Positions 19,585 through 29,848 of a DNA stretch of 64,000 nucleotides are shown here, in pieces (position 1 is the stretch's first letter; each line of letters starts with the position of its first letter). Under the pieces are notes generated by a model. It was given only the letters and a program-made list of their open reading frames with translations, had not been told where the DNA came from and made no database searches. The translations under genes were made by a program, and so were the position numbers. Origin of the DNA: Leptospiraceae bacterium (GTDB taxonomy: Bacteria > Spirochaetota > Leptospiria > Leptospirales > Leptonemataceae); the NCBI GenBank assembly GCA_040217195.1, contig JAVJNR010000008.1:448001-512000 (forward strand), given 5' to 3'.

Positions 19585-21606
19585 ATGTCCAAAAAAGACC
19601 ATGTGATCTATGATAAAGAAGGCAATCCCAGCCGGGATCGGCCATGGATCTTTAGAACGTACGGTGGCCATACCAATGTCTGGGAAACCAACAAACTCTA
19701 CCGCGAAGGTCTGAGTCGAGGTCAGACCGGACTGTCCATAGCATTTGATCTTCCCACCCAGTGCGGTTACAGCTCCAGCCATACCCTGGCCAAACCGGAA
19801 GTAGGCAAGGTTGGAGTTCCCATCAACTCCCTGGACGATTTTCATGTACTCTTCGATCAAATTCCAATCGAAGAAATGAACACTTCCATGACCATTAACG
19901 GCACAGCCATGTGGCTGCTTGCACTGTACGTGGCCCTGGCCAGAGAAAAAGGCGTGGAACTCAGCCAGCTTCAGGGAACTACCCAGAACGATCTGGTAAA
20001 AGAGTATTTAGCTCGAGGAACTTACATATTCCCCCCGGAAGCGAGCTTTCGACTGATTTCCGAGATGTATGAATATTGCATCAAAGAAATCCCAAAATGG
20101 AATCCATCCAACATCTGTTCCTATCACCTTCAGGAGGCTGGAGCTACTCCGGCCCAGGAACTGGCCTTTGCACTGGCCAATGCAATTGGTCTACTGGATA
20201 TAATCAAAGAACGAGGAAATCTTGAAAAAGAGCAGTTCGAGGAAGTAGTGGGTCGCATTAGTTTCTTCGTCAACGCAGGCATTCGCTTTGTGGAAGAAAT
20301 GTGTAAGATGCGAGCCTTCACCGAACTCTGGGAAGAGATAACCCGGGATCGGTATGGCGTAGATAATCCGAAGTTTCGCAGATTTCGCTACGGAGTTCAG
20401 GTTAACTCTCTGGGCCTTACCGAGAATCAGCCGGAGAATAATGCCTGGAGAATCCTTATGGAGACCCTGGGTGTGACTCTTAGCAAGAATGCACGATGTA
20501 GAGCTCTGCAACTGCCTGCCTGGAATGAGGCCCTATCCCTGCCCCGTCCCTGGGACCAGCAATGGTCCCTGCGGTTGCAACAAATCATGGCCTATGAAAC
20601 AGACCTTCTGGAATATCCAGACCTGTTCGATGGAAGCAAAGTTGTAGAATCCAAAGTTTCTGAGCTCAAGGATGCCACAAGAAGCGAAATCGACCGAATT
20701 CTGAAAATGGGTGGAATACGCTCCGCTGTAGAATCCGGTTATATGAAATCTGCACTGGTCAAATCCATGTCCGAGCGAATGAGCCGTATAAATACCGGCG
20801 AGCAGATCGTAGTAGGCGTGAACAAGTGGACCGAAGCAATCGATAGTCCTCTGCTTGGTGGCGAAGATGGTGGTGTATTCAAAGTGGATGCAGAAAGTGC
20901 AGATCGCACCGTACAATCCATGGAAGAGACCAGGTCCAAACGCGATCCGCAACGAGTTAAAAAGGCCCTGGAGGATTTAAAGAAAGCAGCCAATGAAGGA
21001 ACCAATTTGATGGAGCCTTCTGTGGAATGTGCTCTGGCGCGTGTGACCACCGGCGAATGGGCCGATGCACTTCGCCAGGTATTTGGAGAGTACAGACCAC
21101 CCACAGGGATTGATGGACAGAAGCTTTCCCTGGAAAACGATAGAGTAAATGCTCTTCGCAAGCGAGTGGAAGATTTTACAACAAAAGCCGGCCACAGACC
21201 TCGTATCGTGGTGGGTAAACCTGGTCTGGACGGGCATAGCAATGGGGCTGAAATGATTGCAGTGTCTGCAAGACATACAGGTTTCGATGTTATCTATTCT
21301 GGAATCCGTCTGACTCCTGAGGAAATAGTCCAAAGTGCTGTAGAAGAAAATGCAGATATAATTGGCATTTCCGTTCTGTCAGGATCGCATATGGAGCTGG
21401 CAGATCAGATCATAGAGGAATTGAAGAAAGCCGGAGCCTCGGATCATATTCCCGTGGTCTTTGGAGGAATCATTCCAAAAGCAGATTTCGAGGCACTGAC
21501 CGGCCGAGGAATTCGCAAGATCTTCACTCCTTCCGATTTCGAACTAATCGATATCATGGAAAAGATTTTCGATATAGTTGAAAAGAATCAGGCCGCCCTG
21601 GTTTGA
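19585..21606 (+). CDS. meaA: AdoCbl-dependent ethylmalonyl-CoA mutase (Ecm/MeaA)
   Basis: PWIFRTYGGH, GQTGLSIAFDLPTQ, RYGVQVNSLGLTE, LPAWNEAL, RPWDQQWSLR; C-terminal B12 domain KPGLDGHSNG; GGAGG RBS. Confidence 0.92.
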   Translation: MSKKDHVIYDKEGNPSRDRPWIFRTYGGHTNVWETNKLYREGLSRGQTGLSIAFDLPTQCGYSSSHTLAKPEVGKVGVPINSLDDFHVLFDQIPIEEMNTSMTINGTAMWLLALYVALAREKGVELSQLQGTTQNDLVKEYLARGTYIFPPEASFRLISEMYEYCIKEIPKWNPSNICSYHLQEAGATPAQELAFALANAIGLLDIIKERGNLEKEQFEEVVGRISFFVNAGIRFVEEMCKMRAFTELWEEITRDRYGVDNPKFRRFRYGVQVNSLGLTENQPENNAWRILMETLGVTLSKNARCRALQLPAWNEALSLPRPWDQQWSLRLQQIMAYETDLLEYPDLFDGSKVVESKVSELKDATRSEIDRILKMGGIRSAVESGYMKSALVKSMSERMSRINTGEQIVVGVNKWTEAIDSPLLGGEDGGVFKVDAESADRTVQSMEETRSKRDPQRVKKALEDLKKAANEGTNLMEPSVECALARVTTGEWADALRQVFGEYRPPTGIDGQKLSLENDRVNALRKRVEDFTTKAGHRPRIVVGKPGLDGHSNGAEMIAVSARHTGFDVIYSGIRLTPEEIVQSAVEENADIIGISVLSGSHMELADQIIEELKKAGASDHIPVVFGGIIPKADFEALTGRGIRKIFTPSDFELIDIMEKIFDIVEKNQAALV

Positions 21607-21622
21607 TCCATCAGGGAATACA

Positions 21623-21657
21623 AAGGCGATGCTTCCATTATCCGAAGCATCGTCCTT
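21623..21657 (+). other. Intercistronic stem-loop between meaA and meaB
   Basis: aagg-cgatgcttc...gaagcatcg-tcctt inverted repeat with no U-tract. Confidence 0.45.
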
Positions 21658-21689
21658 GAGCATCTTTAGCTCAGAAGGAAACTCTGTAA

Positions 21690-22700
21690 ATGCCCGACCC
21701 CATAGAATTGATTCCCGCAGCCTTTAATCGGCAGAAATTCGCCATTGCACGGCTGGTCTCTCTGTTCGAAGACCCAAGACCGGAAGCAGCCCTGAAGCGA
21801 AAGGAAGTTCTAGAAACAATGCAATCCTCCCGAAAGTCCCGTAGAGGAATGTTTCTGGGTTTTACAGGTACCCCCGGCGCTGGAAAATCCACTCTTGTAG
21901 GCGAACTGGCCAACAGGTTCATCCAGCAGAATCCGAATAAGAGCCTGGCAGTACTGGCAGTTGATCCATCTTCCCACGTTTCTGGTGGTTCCATTCTGGG
22001 TGATCGCACCAGGGTTCGATTTTCCCTGGGCGATGATCGATTGTATTTTCGCAGCCAGGCCTCAGATCAGGAGCTGGGCGGAATCAGCCGAACGACGTTT
22101 TCCGTGCTGCGGCTGCTCTATCATATCTTTGATGTAATCATCATTGAAACCGTTGGAATAGGCCAGAGCGAAATTGAAATTCAGCAAACCGCCGATCGAG
22201 TGTTCCTATTGCTGCAGCCACTGGCCGGAGATCAGATCCAATTTATGAAAGCCGGTATCATGGAGATCCCGGATACATTTATCATTAACAAATCGGATGA
22301 AAAGGAAGCAGCAGAACGCACATTCCATGCCCTCAGAGCCAGTCTGCAATTGATTCGCCCGGGGGAAGCCCGGGTTCCCATCTTTCGCACCAGCGCCCTG
22401 ACCGGTATGGGGCTCAACGAGGTTCTGGATTACTGGAATTCTCTATTCAAAGAACGCACTGACCCGGCCGCGCTGGATGCATCTTTGTACCGACGAGAGG
22501 TTTACTATTTTGAGAAATGGGTGAAGGATGAACTGGGTCGCCAGGGACTGCGAATGCTGGCAGACCTGGGCGGGCCCAGGCATCTGATGGACAGTGCAAA
22601 TGGATTCGACGGAGCTCAAAAAGCCATTCTGGAAGTGGTAAATCGCTCTTTGAGCCAGCTGGAATCAGAAGTGACAGAGTCAATTACAGAGAAATCCTGA
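21690..22700 (+). CDS. meaB: MeaB/ArgK-family GTPase chaperone for B12 mutase
   Basis: GTPGAGKST, AVDPSS, GGSILGDRTR, ETVGIGQSE, KAGIMEIPD, NKSD; adjacent to the mutase. Confidence 0.92.
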   Translation: MPDPIELIPAAFNRQKFAIARLVSLFEDPRPEAALKRKEVLETMQSSRKSRRGMFLGFTGTPGAGKSTLVGELANRFIQQNPNKSLAVLAVDPSSHVSGGSILGDRTRVRFSLGDDRLYFRSQASDQELGGISRTTFSVLRLLYHIFDVIIIETVGIGQSEIEIQQTADRVFLLLQPLAGDQIQFMKAGIMEIPDTFIINKSDEKEAAERTFHALRASLQLIRPGEARVPIFRTSALTGMGLNEVLDYWNSLFKERTDPAALDASLYRREVYYFEKWVKDELGRQGLRMLADLGGPRHLMDSANGFDGAQKAILEVVNRSLSQLESEVTESITEKS

Positions 22701-22840
22701 GCAGGAATTCTAAGATGACCAGAAAGTCAAATCGCTGATCAGGTTTCGAAGAATTCGTCAAATGCGAGGTTCTGAGCTACTTAATCGAGCAATCATTGGA
22801 GCTGCATTGGCAACGGCCAACTAGATTAGAAGGAAATAAT

Positions 22841-23962
22841 ATGCAAAACGTAGGACTGGTATTCGGAGGGAAATCGGCGGAGCATGAAATATCCATCCTC
22901 TCGGCTCGAAACATAGATAGAATCCTCAAGGAAATATCGCTGGAAGTTGTCTGGATCTATTTGAATAGACGGGGAGCTTTCTTTCTTGTTGATTGCGGGC
23001 AATTCCCTTCTGAAAAAGATCTGGAGACCCTAAACGAACTGAGTGAAAGCTCCGAAGCCACCACTGCGATTAAGGCTGGCTCTTCGAAAGGGCATCCCCT
23101 GGGACTACATCCCGGTAGTTTTAATCCTCTACGAAAAACTGAAAATGGCGAAGCGGTGGACGTTGACATTTTCTTTCCGATTGTACACGGTACCGGAGGC
23201 GAAGATGGAATCCTCCAGGGACTCTTCCATACCCTGGATCGACCTTTTGTGGGCTGCGATGTATTCGCATCCGCCCTGGGAATGGATAAGAGTGCCATGA
23301 AAGTTCACTTGAAGGAGACAGGCATTCCGTCCGCCAGATACAAGGTACTTCGTAGTAATGAACGAAATCAGATTAACTATGAAAACATTACGTCCGAACT
23401 TGGTTCGCCGGTATTTATCAAGCCTTCCCGACAGGGCTCTTCGGTGGGAGTGAGCCGGGCTACCGATCAAATCAGCTTTCAGAAAGCATGTGATATGGCC
23501 TTTCGCTTCGATGATTGCATCCTGGTGGAAGAACAAATCGCCGGAAAGGAAATTGAATGTGCGGTTCTGGGAAACGAAGACCCCAGAGCCAGCATTATTG
23601 GACAGATACTTCCAAAGGACGGATTCTATTCCTATGAATCCAAGTATATCGATGCAGAGGGCGCGAAGCTTTTGATTCCGGCAGATATTACCGAAAATCA
23701 GTCGTACAGGGTTCAACAACTGGCCCTGGAAACCTACCGGACCCTGTATTGCGAAGGACTGGCACGGGTGGATTGCTTCTTAACCGACGATGATCGAATC
23801 TATGTAAACGAAATCAATACTCTACCTGGTTTTACAGATATCAGTATGTATCCCACACTCTGGGAAAAATCTGGCCTTACGCGACCAGATCTATTACGAA
23901 GTCTACTGGACCTGGCACTTCAGCGAAAGAAAAAAAAGGACTCTCTGGAGACCAGGCATTAG
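22841..23962 (+). CDS. ddl: D-alanine--D-alanine ligase
   Basis: FGGKSAEHEIS, HGTGGEDG, GSSVG, FYSYESKY, NEINTLPGFT; ATG 22841 with AGGA RBS. Confidence 0.95.
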   Translation: MQNVGLVFGGKSAEHEISILSARNIDRILKEISLEVVWIYLNRRGAFFLVDCGQFPSEKDLETLNELSESSEATTAIKAGSSKGHPLGLHPGSFNPLRKTENGEAVDVDIFFPIVHGTGGEDGILQGLFHTLDRPFVGCDVFASALGMDKSAMKVHLKETGIPSARYKVLRSNERNQINYENITSELGSPVFIKPSRQGSSVGVSRATDQISFQKACDMAFRFDDCILVEEQIAGKEIECAVLGNEDPRASIIGQILPKDGFYSYESKYIDAEGAKLLIPADITENQSYRVQQLALETYRTLYCEGLARVDCFLTDDDRIYVNEINTLPGFTDISMYPTLWEKSGLTRPDLLRSLLDLALQRKKKKDSLETRH

Positions 23963-24043
23963 CCTCCAGCAAGAATGGTTGTAATTGGATTCAGGCTCTT
24001 TAAGTTCAGGGCCCGGCTATGTGTCAGAGAAATCCAGCCGCGC

Positions 24044-24409
24044 CTATTTTACTCCAGCTTCCTTTAGATGCTTTCCGATTCGAAAGAATAGAATGTTAAA
24101 GAACATTCTGAAATCCGAGAACAGCGATTTAAATGGGGCTTTAAAAGTGGCCGGACGGTTCTTTTCTACGAAAAAGTGACCGAACCAGGCAAATCCATAA
24201 CCGCATACCGGCATAGCCAGAAGTAGCCACCAGTTCTGTAGCGCGATGGCAAGTCCCAGAATAATAAATACGCCCGCAGTACCCACAAAGTGAATGGCCC
24301 GATTCCACGGATCCGCATGTTCGCCCAGATAGAAATGCCAGAATTCTTTGTAGGTGGCCCAGGTCTGTTCTGGAGCTTCCTTCTCTACTGTTGCTGTTTG
24401 AGTCGTCAT
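24044..24409 (-). CDS. DUF962/Mpo1-like membrane protein
   Basis: FWHFYLGEH, NRAIHFVG, GYGFAWFGHFFVEKNRPATF. Confidence 0.85.
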   Translation of the reverse strand: MTTQTATVEKEAPEQTWATYKEFWHFYLGEHADPWNRAIHFVGTAGVFIILGLAIALQNWWLLLAMPVCGYGFAWFGHFFVEKNRPATFKAPFKSLFSDFRMFFNILFFRIGKHLKEAGVK

Positions 24410-24662
24410 GATTTCCCCCTGAGAAGTTCGCACCTCTCTGTAACAAGTATAACAATGCCCCATACTCTCTTTCAAGCTGAATTTGCCCGTCGCTGACTAC
24501 ACCGGGATGGAACATGTATCCTTACGATGAGACTCCCACTGAAGGGCTACCCGCTCCCGCAAATCAGAGCAGATAGTGCAACTGAAGGGCTAATGGCACA
24601 ACTGATACAGAGACCCGCAGAAAAGGATTTACGCTGTGCTCTCGGAATTGAACATCCGAACT

Positions 24663-25460
24663 ATGAGCGGAAAAAGCATAGGTTTTCTGGGATTCGGAAA
24701 AATGGCACAATCCATTGCCGCCGGAATCACGGATCAAAGCTTTCGACTGAATTATTTCGATGCGGCGCCTGGCTCGGCGGATCTTCATGATCGGGCCAGA
24801 GAGATGAAGGTAGATCGAAGTCCTACGGCCCGGGAACTGGAAACTGGCTGCGATGTTCTTCTCATTTGTGTAAAGCCTCAGGATCTATCCACAGCTCTAA
24901 ACTCACTGGAAGGCAATCGGGATTATATTTCCATCGCCGCTGGAGTGTCTGTGGCTGAAATTATAAGCTATCTGCCCAATGCCAGCGCCCGGGTCGCCCG
25001 GGTCATGCCAAACCTTGGGGCTACCATCGGACAGAGTGTGAGCGGCATTTATTGTCCTTCAGAGGAGCTGAAAGAGCTAACCATGGAGCTATTTTCGGGC
25101 ATGGGCATGGCATTTGCTGTGCAGAAGGAAGAACAGATGCATGCTGTTACAGCTCTCAGCGGCTCCGGGCCAGCCTATGCATTTCTATTCCTGCAGAGCA
25201 TGGGAGAAGCTGGCATAAAGCAGGGAATTCCTGCCGGGCAATCCTTTGAAATGGCAGCAAGGACCATCCGGGCTGCCATGGATTTATTTCTGGAATCCGG
25301 CGATCATCCAGCAGAGTGGATTACCAGGGTGAGTTCTCCGGCCGGAACCACCATTGAGGGCCTGGCAGCTCTGGAAGATCATGGGGTGCGCGGAGCCATC
25401 ATCCGAGCCGTGGAAGCAGCAGCGGACCGTAGCCGGGAACTGGGAAGAAAAGGCAGCTAA
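24663..25460 (+). CDS. proC: Pyrroline-5-carboxylate reductase
   Basis: GFLGFGKMA, VKPQ, SIAAG, RVMPN, ALSGSGPAY, VSSPAGTT. Confidence 0.93.
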   Translation: MSGKSIGFLGFGKMAQSIAAGITDQSFRLNYFDAAPGSADLHDRAREMKVDRSPTARELETGCDVLLICVKPQDLSTALNSLEGNRDYISIAAGVSVAEIISYLPNASARVARVMPNLGATIGQSVSGIYCPSEELKELTMELFSGMGMAFAVQKEEQMHAVTALSGSGPAYAFLFLQSMGEAGIKQGIPAGQSFEMAARTIRAAMDLFLESGDHPAEWITRVSSPAGTTIEGLAALEDHGVRGAIIRAVEAAADRSRELGRKGS

Positions 25461-25500
25461 TGCTCGGGGTTTTTTCCTTGAGCCGCCATGGGGGATATCG

Positions 25501-26121
25501 ATGCTGCTCCAGATGAACGCTGCAGCCGCTTTCAAAATCTTTGAACAGACCATTCTGGATTATCATAAGACGGACCATGTGGATGCACCCATGAAGAATC
25601 CGCATCCGGACGGAACGCTTGAGGCGTTGCTGTATCGAAAAAACTGGATCGATACAGTACAATGGCATCTGGAAGATATTGTTCGAGAACCGGAAATCAA
25701 TCCCCAAGAAGGACTGGCGCTTAAGAGACGTATCGACAGTTCCAATCAGGACAGAACCAATGTTGTGGAACTTGTAGATGATATGTACATTGAGATGCTG
25801 AAAGAAGCAAAACCTCAGCCGGATGCACGTTTGAACACCGAAAGTCCGGGCTGGGCTATGGATCGGCTGAGTATCCTTGCATTGAAGATTTATCATATGA
25901 AAGAACAGGTGGAGCGCACAGATGCATCACCGGATCATATTCAAAAGTGCCAGTCCAAACTTGATGTTCTTATGGAACAGAAATCTGATTTGATCCGTGC
26001 ATTTGATGAATTGATCGAAGACATTCAAGCAGGTAAGAGATTTGCCAAAGTCTACAGGCAGATGAAAATGTACAACGATGAATCCCTGAACCCTGTTCTG
26101 TACGCCAAGTCCAAAAACTGA
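25501..26121 (+). CDS. DUF4254-like protein
   Basis: KNWIDTVQWHLED, KRRIDSSNQDRT, NTESPGWAMDRLSILALKIYHM, KVYRQMKMYND. Confidence 0.8.
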   Translation: MLLQMNAAAAFKIFEQTILDYHKTDHVDAPMKNPHPDGTLEALLYRKNWIDTVQWHLEDIVREPEINPQEGLALKRRIDSSNQDRTNVVELVDDMYIEMLKEAKPQPDARLNTESPGWAMDRLSILALKIYHMKEQVERTDASPDHIQKCQSKLDVLMEQKSDLIRAFDELIEDIQAGKRFAKVYRQMKMYNDESLNPVLYAKSKN

Positions 26122-26123
26122 GC

Positions 26124-27197
26124 ATGCATCTTCTGATACTCAGATTCTCGGCCATGGGCGATGTTGCCCTGCTTGTGCCTGTGCTCAGCGCAATGGCTGG
26201 CAAATATAGTAATATTCGCATGACTCTGGTGACACGCAGAGCCTTTGAACCCTTCTTTTTCAACATACCTGGAGTAGAAGTAATTGGAGTAGATCTGAAG
26301 CAACCTCAGTATAGAGGCTTGAAAGGGATCTACCGTTTGTATAGAGAGCTTCGAGTTCTGGGTCCCTACGATCATGGTATCGATGTACATGGCTCCACGC
26401 GATCCAGGATCCTTCGCTTTCTTTTTAAGTTTCAGGGACTGAAATTCTCCAGCATTGTAAAAGGCAGGCGCGAAAAGCTAAAACAGACTCGAAGGAAGCG
26501 AAAGAAACTATTCCCATTGCCTCATGTAGTCGAGAGATATCTACATGTTTTCGAACGAGCGGGCTTACATGCGAAGCCTGATCGAGGGCCCTGGATAAGT
26601 CCAGATACACGTAGCCGTGCCCTGGCCACCGACTTTCTGAAGAAAAATGACATTGGTAGAAAGGAAGGTTACTGGATTGGAATTGCACCTTTCGCGGGTC
26701 ATCGTCCTAAAACCTGGCCTTTTGTTCATGTACATGAGCTGGTCAGTCTGCTGAATCGTAACATGAAATGCAGGATATTTCTGTTCGGTGGTGGAAAGCA
26801 GGAAATAGAACAGCTGAAGATTCTGGAAGAAAGCTTTCCCGGAGTAACAACCATGGTGGCCGGCAATCTGAGTATTGAAGGTGAAATGGCACTTATCATG
26901 CGGCTGGATCTGATGCTGGCAATGGACTCCTTTAACATGCATATCGCAGCGCTTCTGGGAACCAGGGTTCTGTCCATCTGGGGAGCCACACATCATTATT
27001 CCGGTTTTGGTCCTTACGGTCAGGATGAAAGAGCGATCATGGAAGTTCCGGTGGAAAAACTACCCTGTCGTCCCTGCTCCATCTTCGGAAATAAGAAATG
27101 CTATCGCCGGGACCTGGCCTGCATGAACTGGATCGCCCCTCTGGACGTGTTTCGCAGGATTGAAAGCCGACTGCTGGAAAGAAACAGTCCTGTCTAA
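26124..27197 (+). CDS. Glycosyltransferase family 9 (heptosyltransferase-like)
   Basis: RFSAMGDV, DVHG, IAPFA, MDSFNMH, SIWGATH, CRPCS..G...C. Confidence 0.9.
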   Translation: MHLLILRFSAMGDVALLVPVLSAMAGKYSNIRMTLVTRRAFEPFFFNIPGVEVIGVDLKQPQYRGLKGIYRLYRELRVLGPYDHGIDVHGSTRSRILRFLFKFQGLKFSSIVKGRREKLKQTRRKRKKLFPLPHVVERYLHVFERAGLHAKPDRGPWISPDTRSRALATDFLKKNDIGRKEGYWIGIAPFAGHRPKTWPFVHVHELVSLLNRNMKCRIFLFGGGKQEIEQLKILEESFPGVTTMVAGNLSIEGEMALIMRLDLMLAMDSFNMHIAALLGTRVLSIWGATHHYSGFGPYGQDERAIMEVPVEKLPCRPCSIFGNKKCYRRDLACMNWIAPLDVFRRIESRLLERNSPV

Positions 27198-27326
27198 ACA
27201 CAAAGCAAAAATGCCTGGCTGAACCACCGGCGCCTAGTTAGCGGACCAGAAGACCAGCATTAGACTGGCCTGCCAGGCGTTGTGAATAACTTTTACAACC
27301 AGGCAAATAGCCGCTGTCCCGGAGGC

Positions 27327-28412
27327 CTACCGACCCCGTTTCCAGATAAGCCAGAATCCAATGAATGCAAATATGGCTGTGGGTCCCCACCCTGCAATTA
27401 CCGGAGGCACAACTCCCGCCATACCCAGGTTTTCACCCACTTCAAAAGTTAGCTGGTAAAAGAATATTGTGGCCGTGGATAGAAGAAGGCTCCGAATGAG
27501 CGGACCTCCGGACCGCAGGGATCCCATACTTCCAGCAACCGAACCAACCACAGCTACAATCAAAACCATGAAAGGAAATGAAAGGGAGCGATGAAAATGA
27601 ACCAGATACTGCACCGTGGAAAACCCATATTGTTCTCTAAACTCAATTTCTTCCAGTAGCTCCGTAAGGCTCAGCTCCGCAGGATTGACCTTTGGATTGG
27701 AAAAGAATTCCAGCTCCTCTGGAAAATCCATAACAAGAGACTCTTTGAATTCGGTTTTCGTAACGTTTAGTTTCTGATCCAGATGCACATCTTTCACAAC
27801 CTGCAATGTCCAGGTACCATCTTCGTTGTACTGTGCGGATAGAGCCTGCACCATTCGCACAGGCTTATCCTCCTCATTCACTTTCATGTAATGAAAGCCG
27901 CCAATGATACGATTTCTATCCCGATCAAAAAAATAGATAAAATAGTAACCTTCTTTTCCTCGAAGATTTCGCTGCCAGACTACATCCCTGGCCTGCCTGG
28001 TGTTTTTCTTGTATTGAGCAATGTATTCCTGAGCTTTTCGGTTGGAAGGAGTCACCACCTGGTCCTGGAAAACAATGGTACCGACACTTACAATGGCAGC
28101 TACAATATAAATGGATACAATGGCGCGATAAAAGGAAGTACCTGCAGAGTAGATCGCCACCAGCTCTCGTGCCATGGCGAACTGCGCCACCACAAAGCAA
28201 ACAGAGAACATCATGGCTGCCGGAGTCACAAATACAGCTATCTGAGGTAGGCTATAAACATAATGCCATCGAAGTAGCTCTTTGGGTTCTGTGCTATCTA
28301 TCTTTTGAGTATCAAGCACCTGAAGGGCAAGAAAGACGATGGTCAGTCCCACAAGAGCCAGGGCAAACGCTTTGAGAAATTCAAAGCCAATGTATCGGTC
28401 CAGGATTTTCAT
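27327..28412 (-). CDS. LPS export ABC permease, LptF/LptG family
   Basis: MKILDRYI start, 3 TM + periplasmic beta domain + 3 TM, ELVAIYSAGTS, C-terminal PPVIAGWGP. Confidence 0.9.
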   Translation of the reverse strand: MKILDRYIGFEFLKAFALALVGLTIVFLALQVLDTQKIDSTEPKELLRWHYVYSLPQIAVFVTPAAMMFSVCFVVAQFAMARELVAIYSAGTSFYRAIVSIYIVAAIVSVGTIVFQDQVVTPSNRKAQEYIAQYKKNTRQARDVVWQRNLRGKEGYYFIYFFDRDRNRIIGGFHYMKVNEEDKPVRMVQALSAQYNEDGTWTLQVVKDVHLDQKLNVTKTEFKESLVMDFPEELEFFSNPKVNPAELSLTELLEEIEFREQYGFSTVQYLVHFHRSLSFPFMVLIVAVVGSVAGSMGSLRSGGPLIRSLLLSTATIFFYQLTFEVGENLGMAGVVPPVIAGWGPTAIFAFIGFWLIWKRGR

Positions 28413-28422
28413 AAATACCAGG

Positions 28423-29181
28423 CTAGAAAGTCAGAAGCCTGCCTGGATCAAAGAGCACATCCGACCATGGAAGGCCCGCCGCATGACCCAGCAGGGCCAG
28501 ACTGAGACATCCGGCCAGAGGGACAATAAGGTTATCATCAATCAATCCTCGAAAGCCAGTTACAGAAAAAAACTCTGCGATACCTGCACCCACAGAGCTG
28601 AGAAGTAAAATCGCAAGCCACCAGTAACCGGGTCCAATCTCAGATCCGTATAACCAGAAAATACTCGAATGGGCTTCCAGATACGTGTGCAGGCTCAGAA
28701 ATCCAGCGCAGGCCAAAAATCCTGCAAAGATAAATCCCAGAGCTCCCTCCAGGGATTTACCGTTGAAGAATCGAAGTCTGCCAAAGCGCATACCAAAATA
28801 GGCCGCAGCTGGATCGCCAATCATGAGAAACAAGCAGGACAGTACAACAATTTCATCGGAAAAGAAAAGATACAGTAGAAGATTGGCAAACAGGTAAGGC
28901 ACCGTACCATTATATCTGTCTCTCTCCTCTTCTTTCATAAGAGGACCTACCAGATTAATGAAGAATCGGTTAAAGGATGAATTGTTTAGTCGTACGCTAT
29001 CTACCACAATGAGCAAAACTGTGGCTGAAGCCAGCAAACCAATGCCCACCCAGCGAGACCCATGCTTGAATTCAGGCCAGATCATGTGAATTGGATCCAC
29101 ATAAACAAAAAGCGGCACAATGAGTCCAAGTAGGTGCCATGCTTTCCGATAAAAGTTAAAGGAACTGCCGGACTGGCCCAT
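28423..29181 (-). CDS. Diacylglycerol/polyprenol (phytol/dolichol) kinase-like membrane protein, cytidylyltransferase fold
   Basis: RKAWHLLG, IGDPAAAYFG, GKSLEG, DDNLIVP. Confidence 0.8.
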   Translation of the reverse strand: MGQSGSSFNFYRKAWHLLGLIVPLFVYVDPIHMIWPEFKHGSRWVGIGLLASATVLLIVVDSVRLNNSSFNRFFINLVGPLMKEEERDRYNGTVPYLFANLLLYLFFSDEIVVLSCLFLMIGDPAAAYFGMRFGRLRFFNGKSLEGALGFIFAGFLACAGFLSLHTYLEAHSSIFWLYGSEIGPGYWWLAILLLSSVGAGIAEFFSVTGFRGLIDDNLIVPLAGCLSLALLGHAAGLPWSDVLFDPGRLLTF

Positions 29182-29281
29182 AAACGAGGCAATGGTCTCT
29201 GGCCTTGCTCATTTTTCCACCATTTACCGGATTATTTGGCGCTTGACAGCAGAAAACAAATGCATCAGTAAGAAGGCACCC

Positions 29282-29677
29282 TTGAAGTTAAAAGTTATTC
29301 ATCTACTCAGGCGACTGGAAAGGATCGAACGCGACCTGGAGGAGCTGGACGGAATGCTTTCCGGCCTGCCCATGGACAGGGAGTATTCTATTCGCCTTCG
29401 GGATTCTCTGATCGAGGAGTCCTCCCGATTGAAGGATTTCAAACAGAAAATCCTCACCCAGAGAGTGATTTCCGAAGGTTCGGCCACACTGGCTGAAACA
29501 GCCGCAACGGAAGAAAGCTCAGAGGTAAGCATACAGCTTCCTTCCAAAGAGGCTGTAAGTAATGGTCGTTCCAAACCCAGGCCAGCCAGAAAAACCCAGG
29601 CTCCGGCCGCCAGACCGGCGACCACTGATACAAAGCAGGAAACAGAAAAACCAGCCTTCGAATTTCGCTTCGAGTAG
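29282..29677 (+). CDS. Hypothetical coiled-coil protein
   Basis: TTG start after AAGG gives (M)KLKVIHLLRRLERIERDLEEL; amphipathic coiled coil followed by a low-complexity tail. Confidence 0.55.
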   Translation: MKLKVIHLLRRLERIERDLEELDGMLSGLPMDREYSIRLRDSLIEESSRLKDFKQKILTQRVISEGSATLAETAATEESSEVSIQLPSKEAVSNGRSKPRPARKTQAPAARPATTDTKQETEKPAFEFRFE

Positions 29678-29848
29678 CTTCCATACTGGCCCTGCAAAAC
29701 CAAACTGAGTTTCCTGACCAGGGGCATTCTACCAAAATTGACTGCAGGCCCCTTTCCCATTTCTGAGTTTAAGTCACCGAAGGAAATGAGCATGACCGAG
29801 CCTTTCTTTAGTCTTTGACTCCCAGCAGAACGGGCCGAACCTGGGCTT

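Noticed and set aside
22841..23962. Van-type D-Ala-D-Lac ligase
   Set aside because: The omega loop YSYESKY retains Tyr as in D-Ala-D-Ala ligases, and there are no vanH/vanX neighbours.
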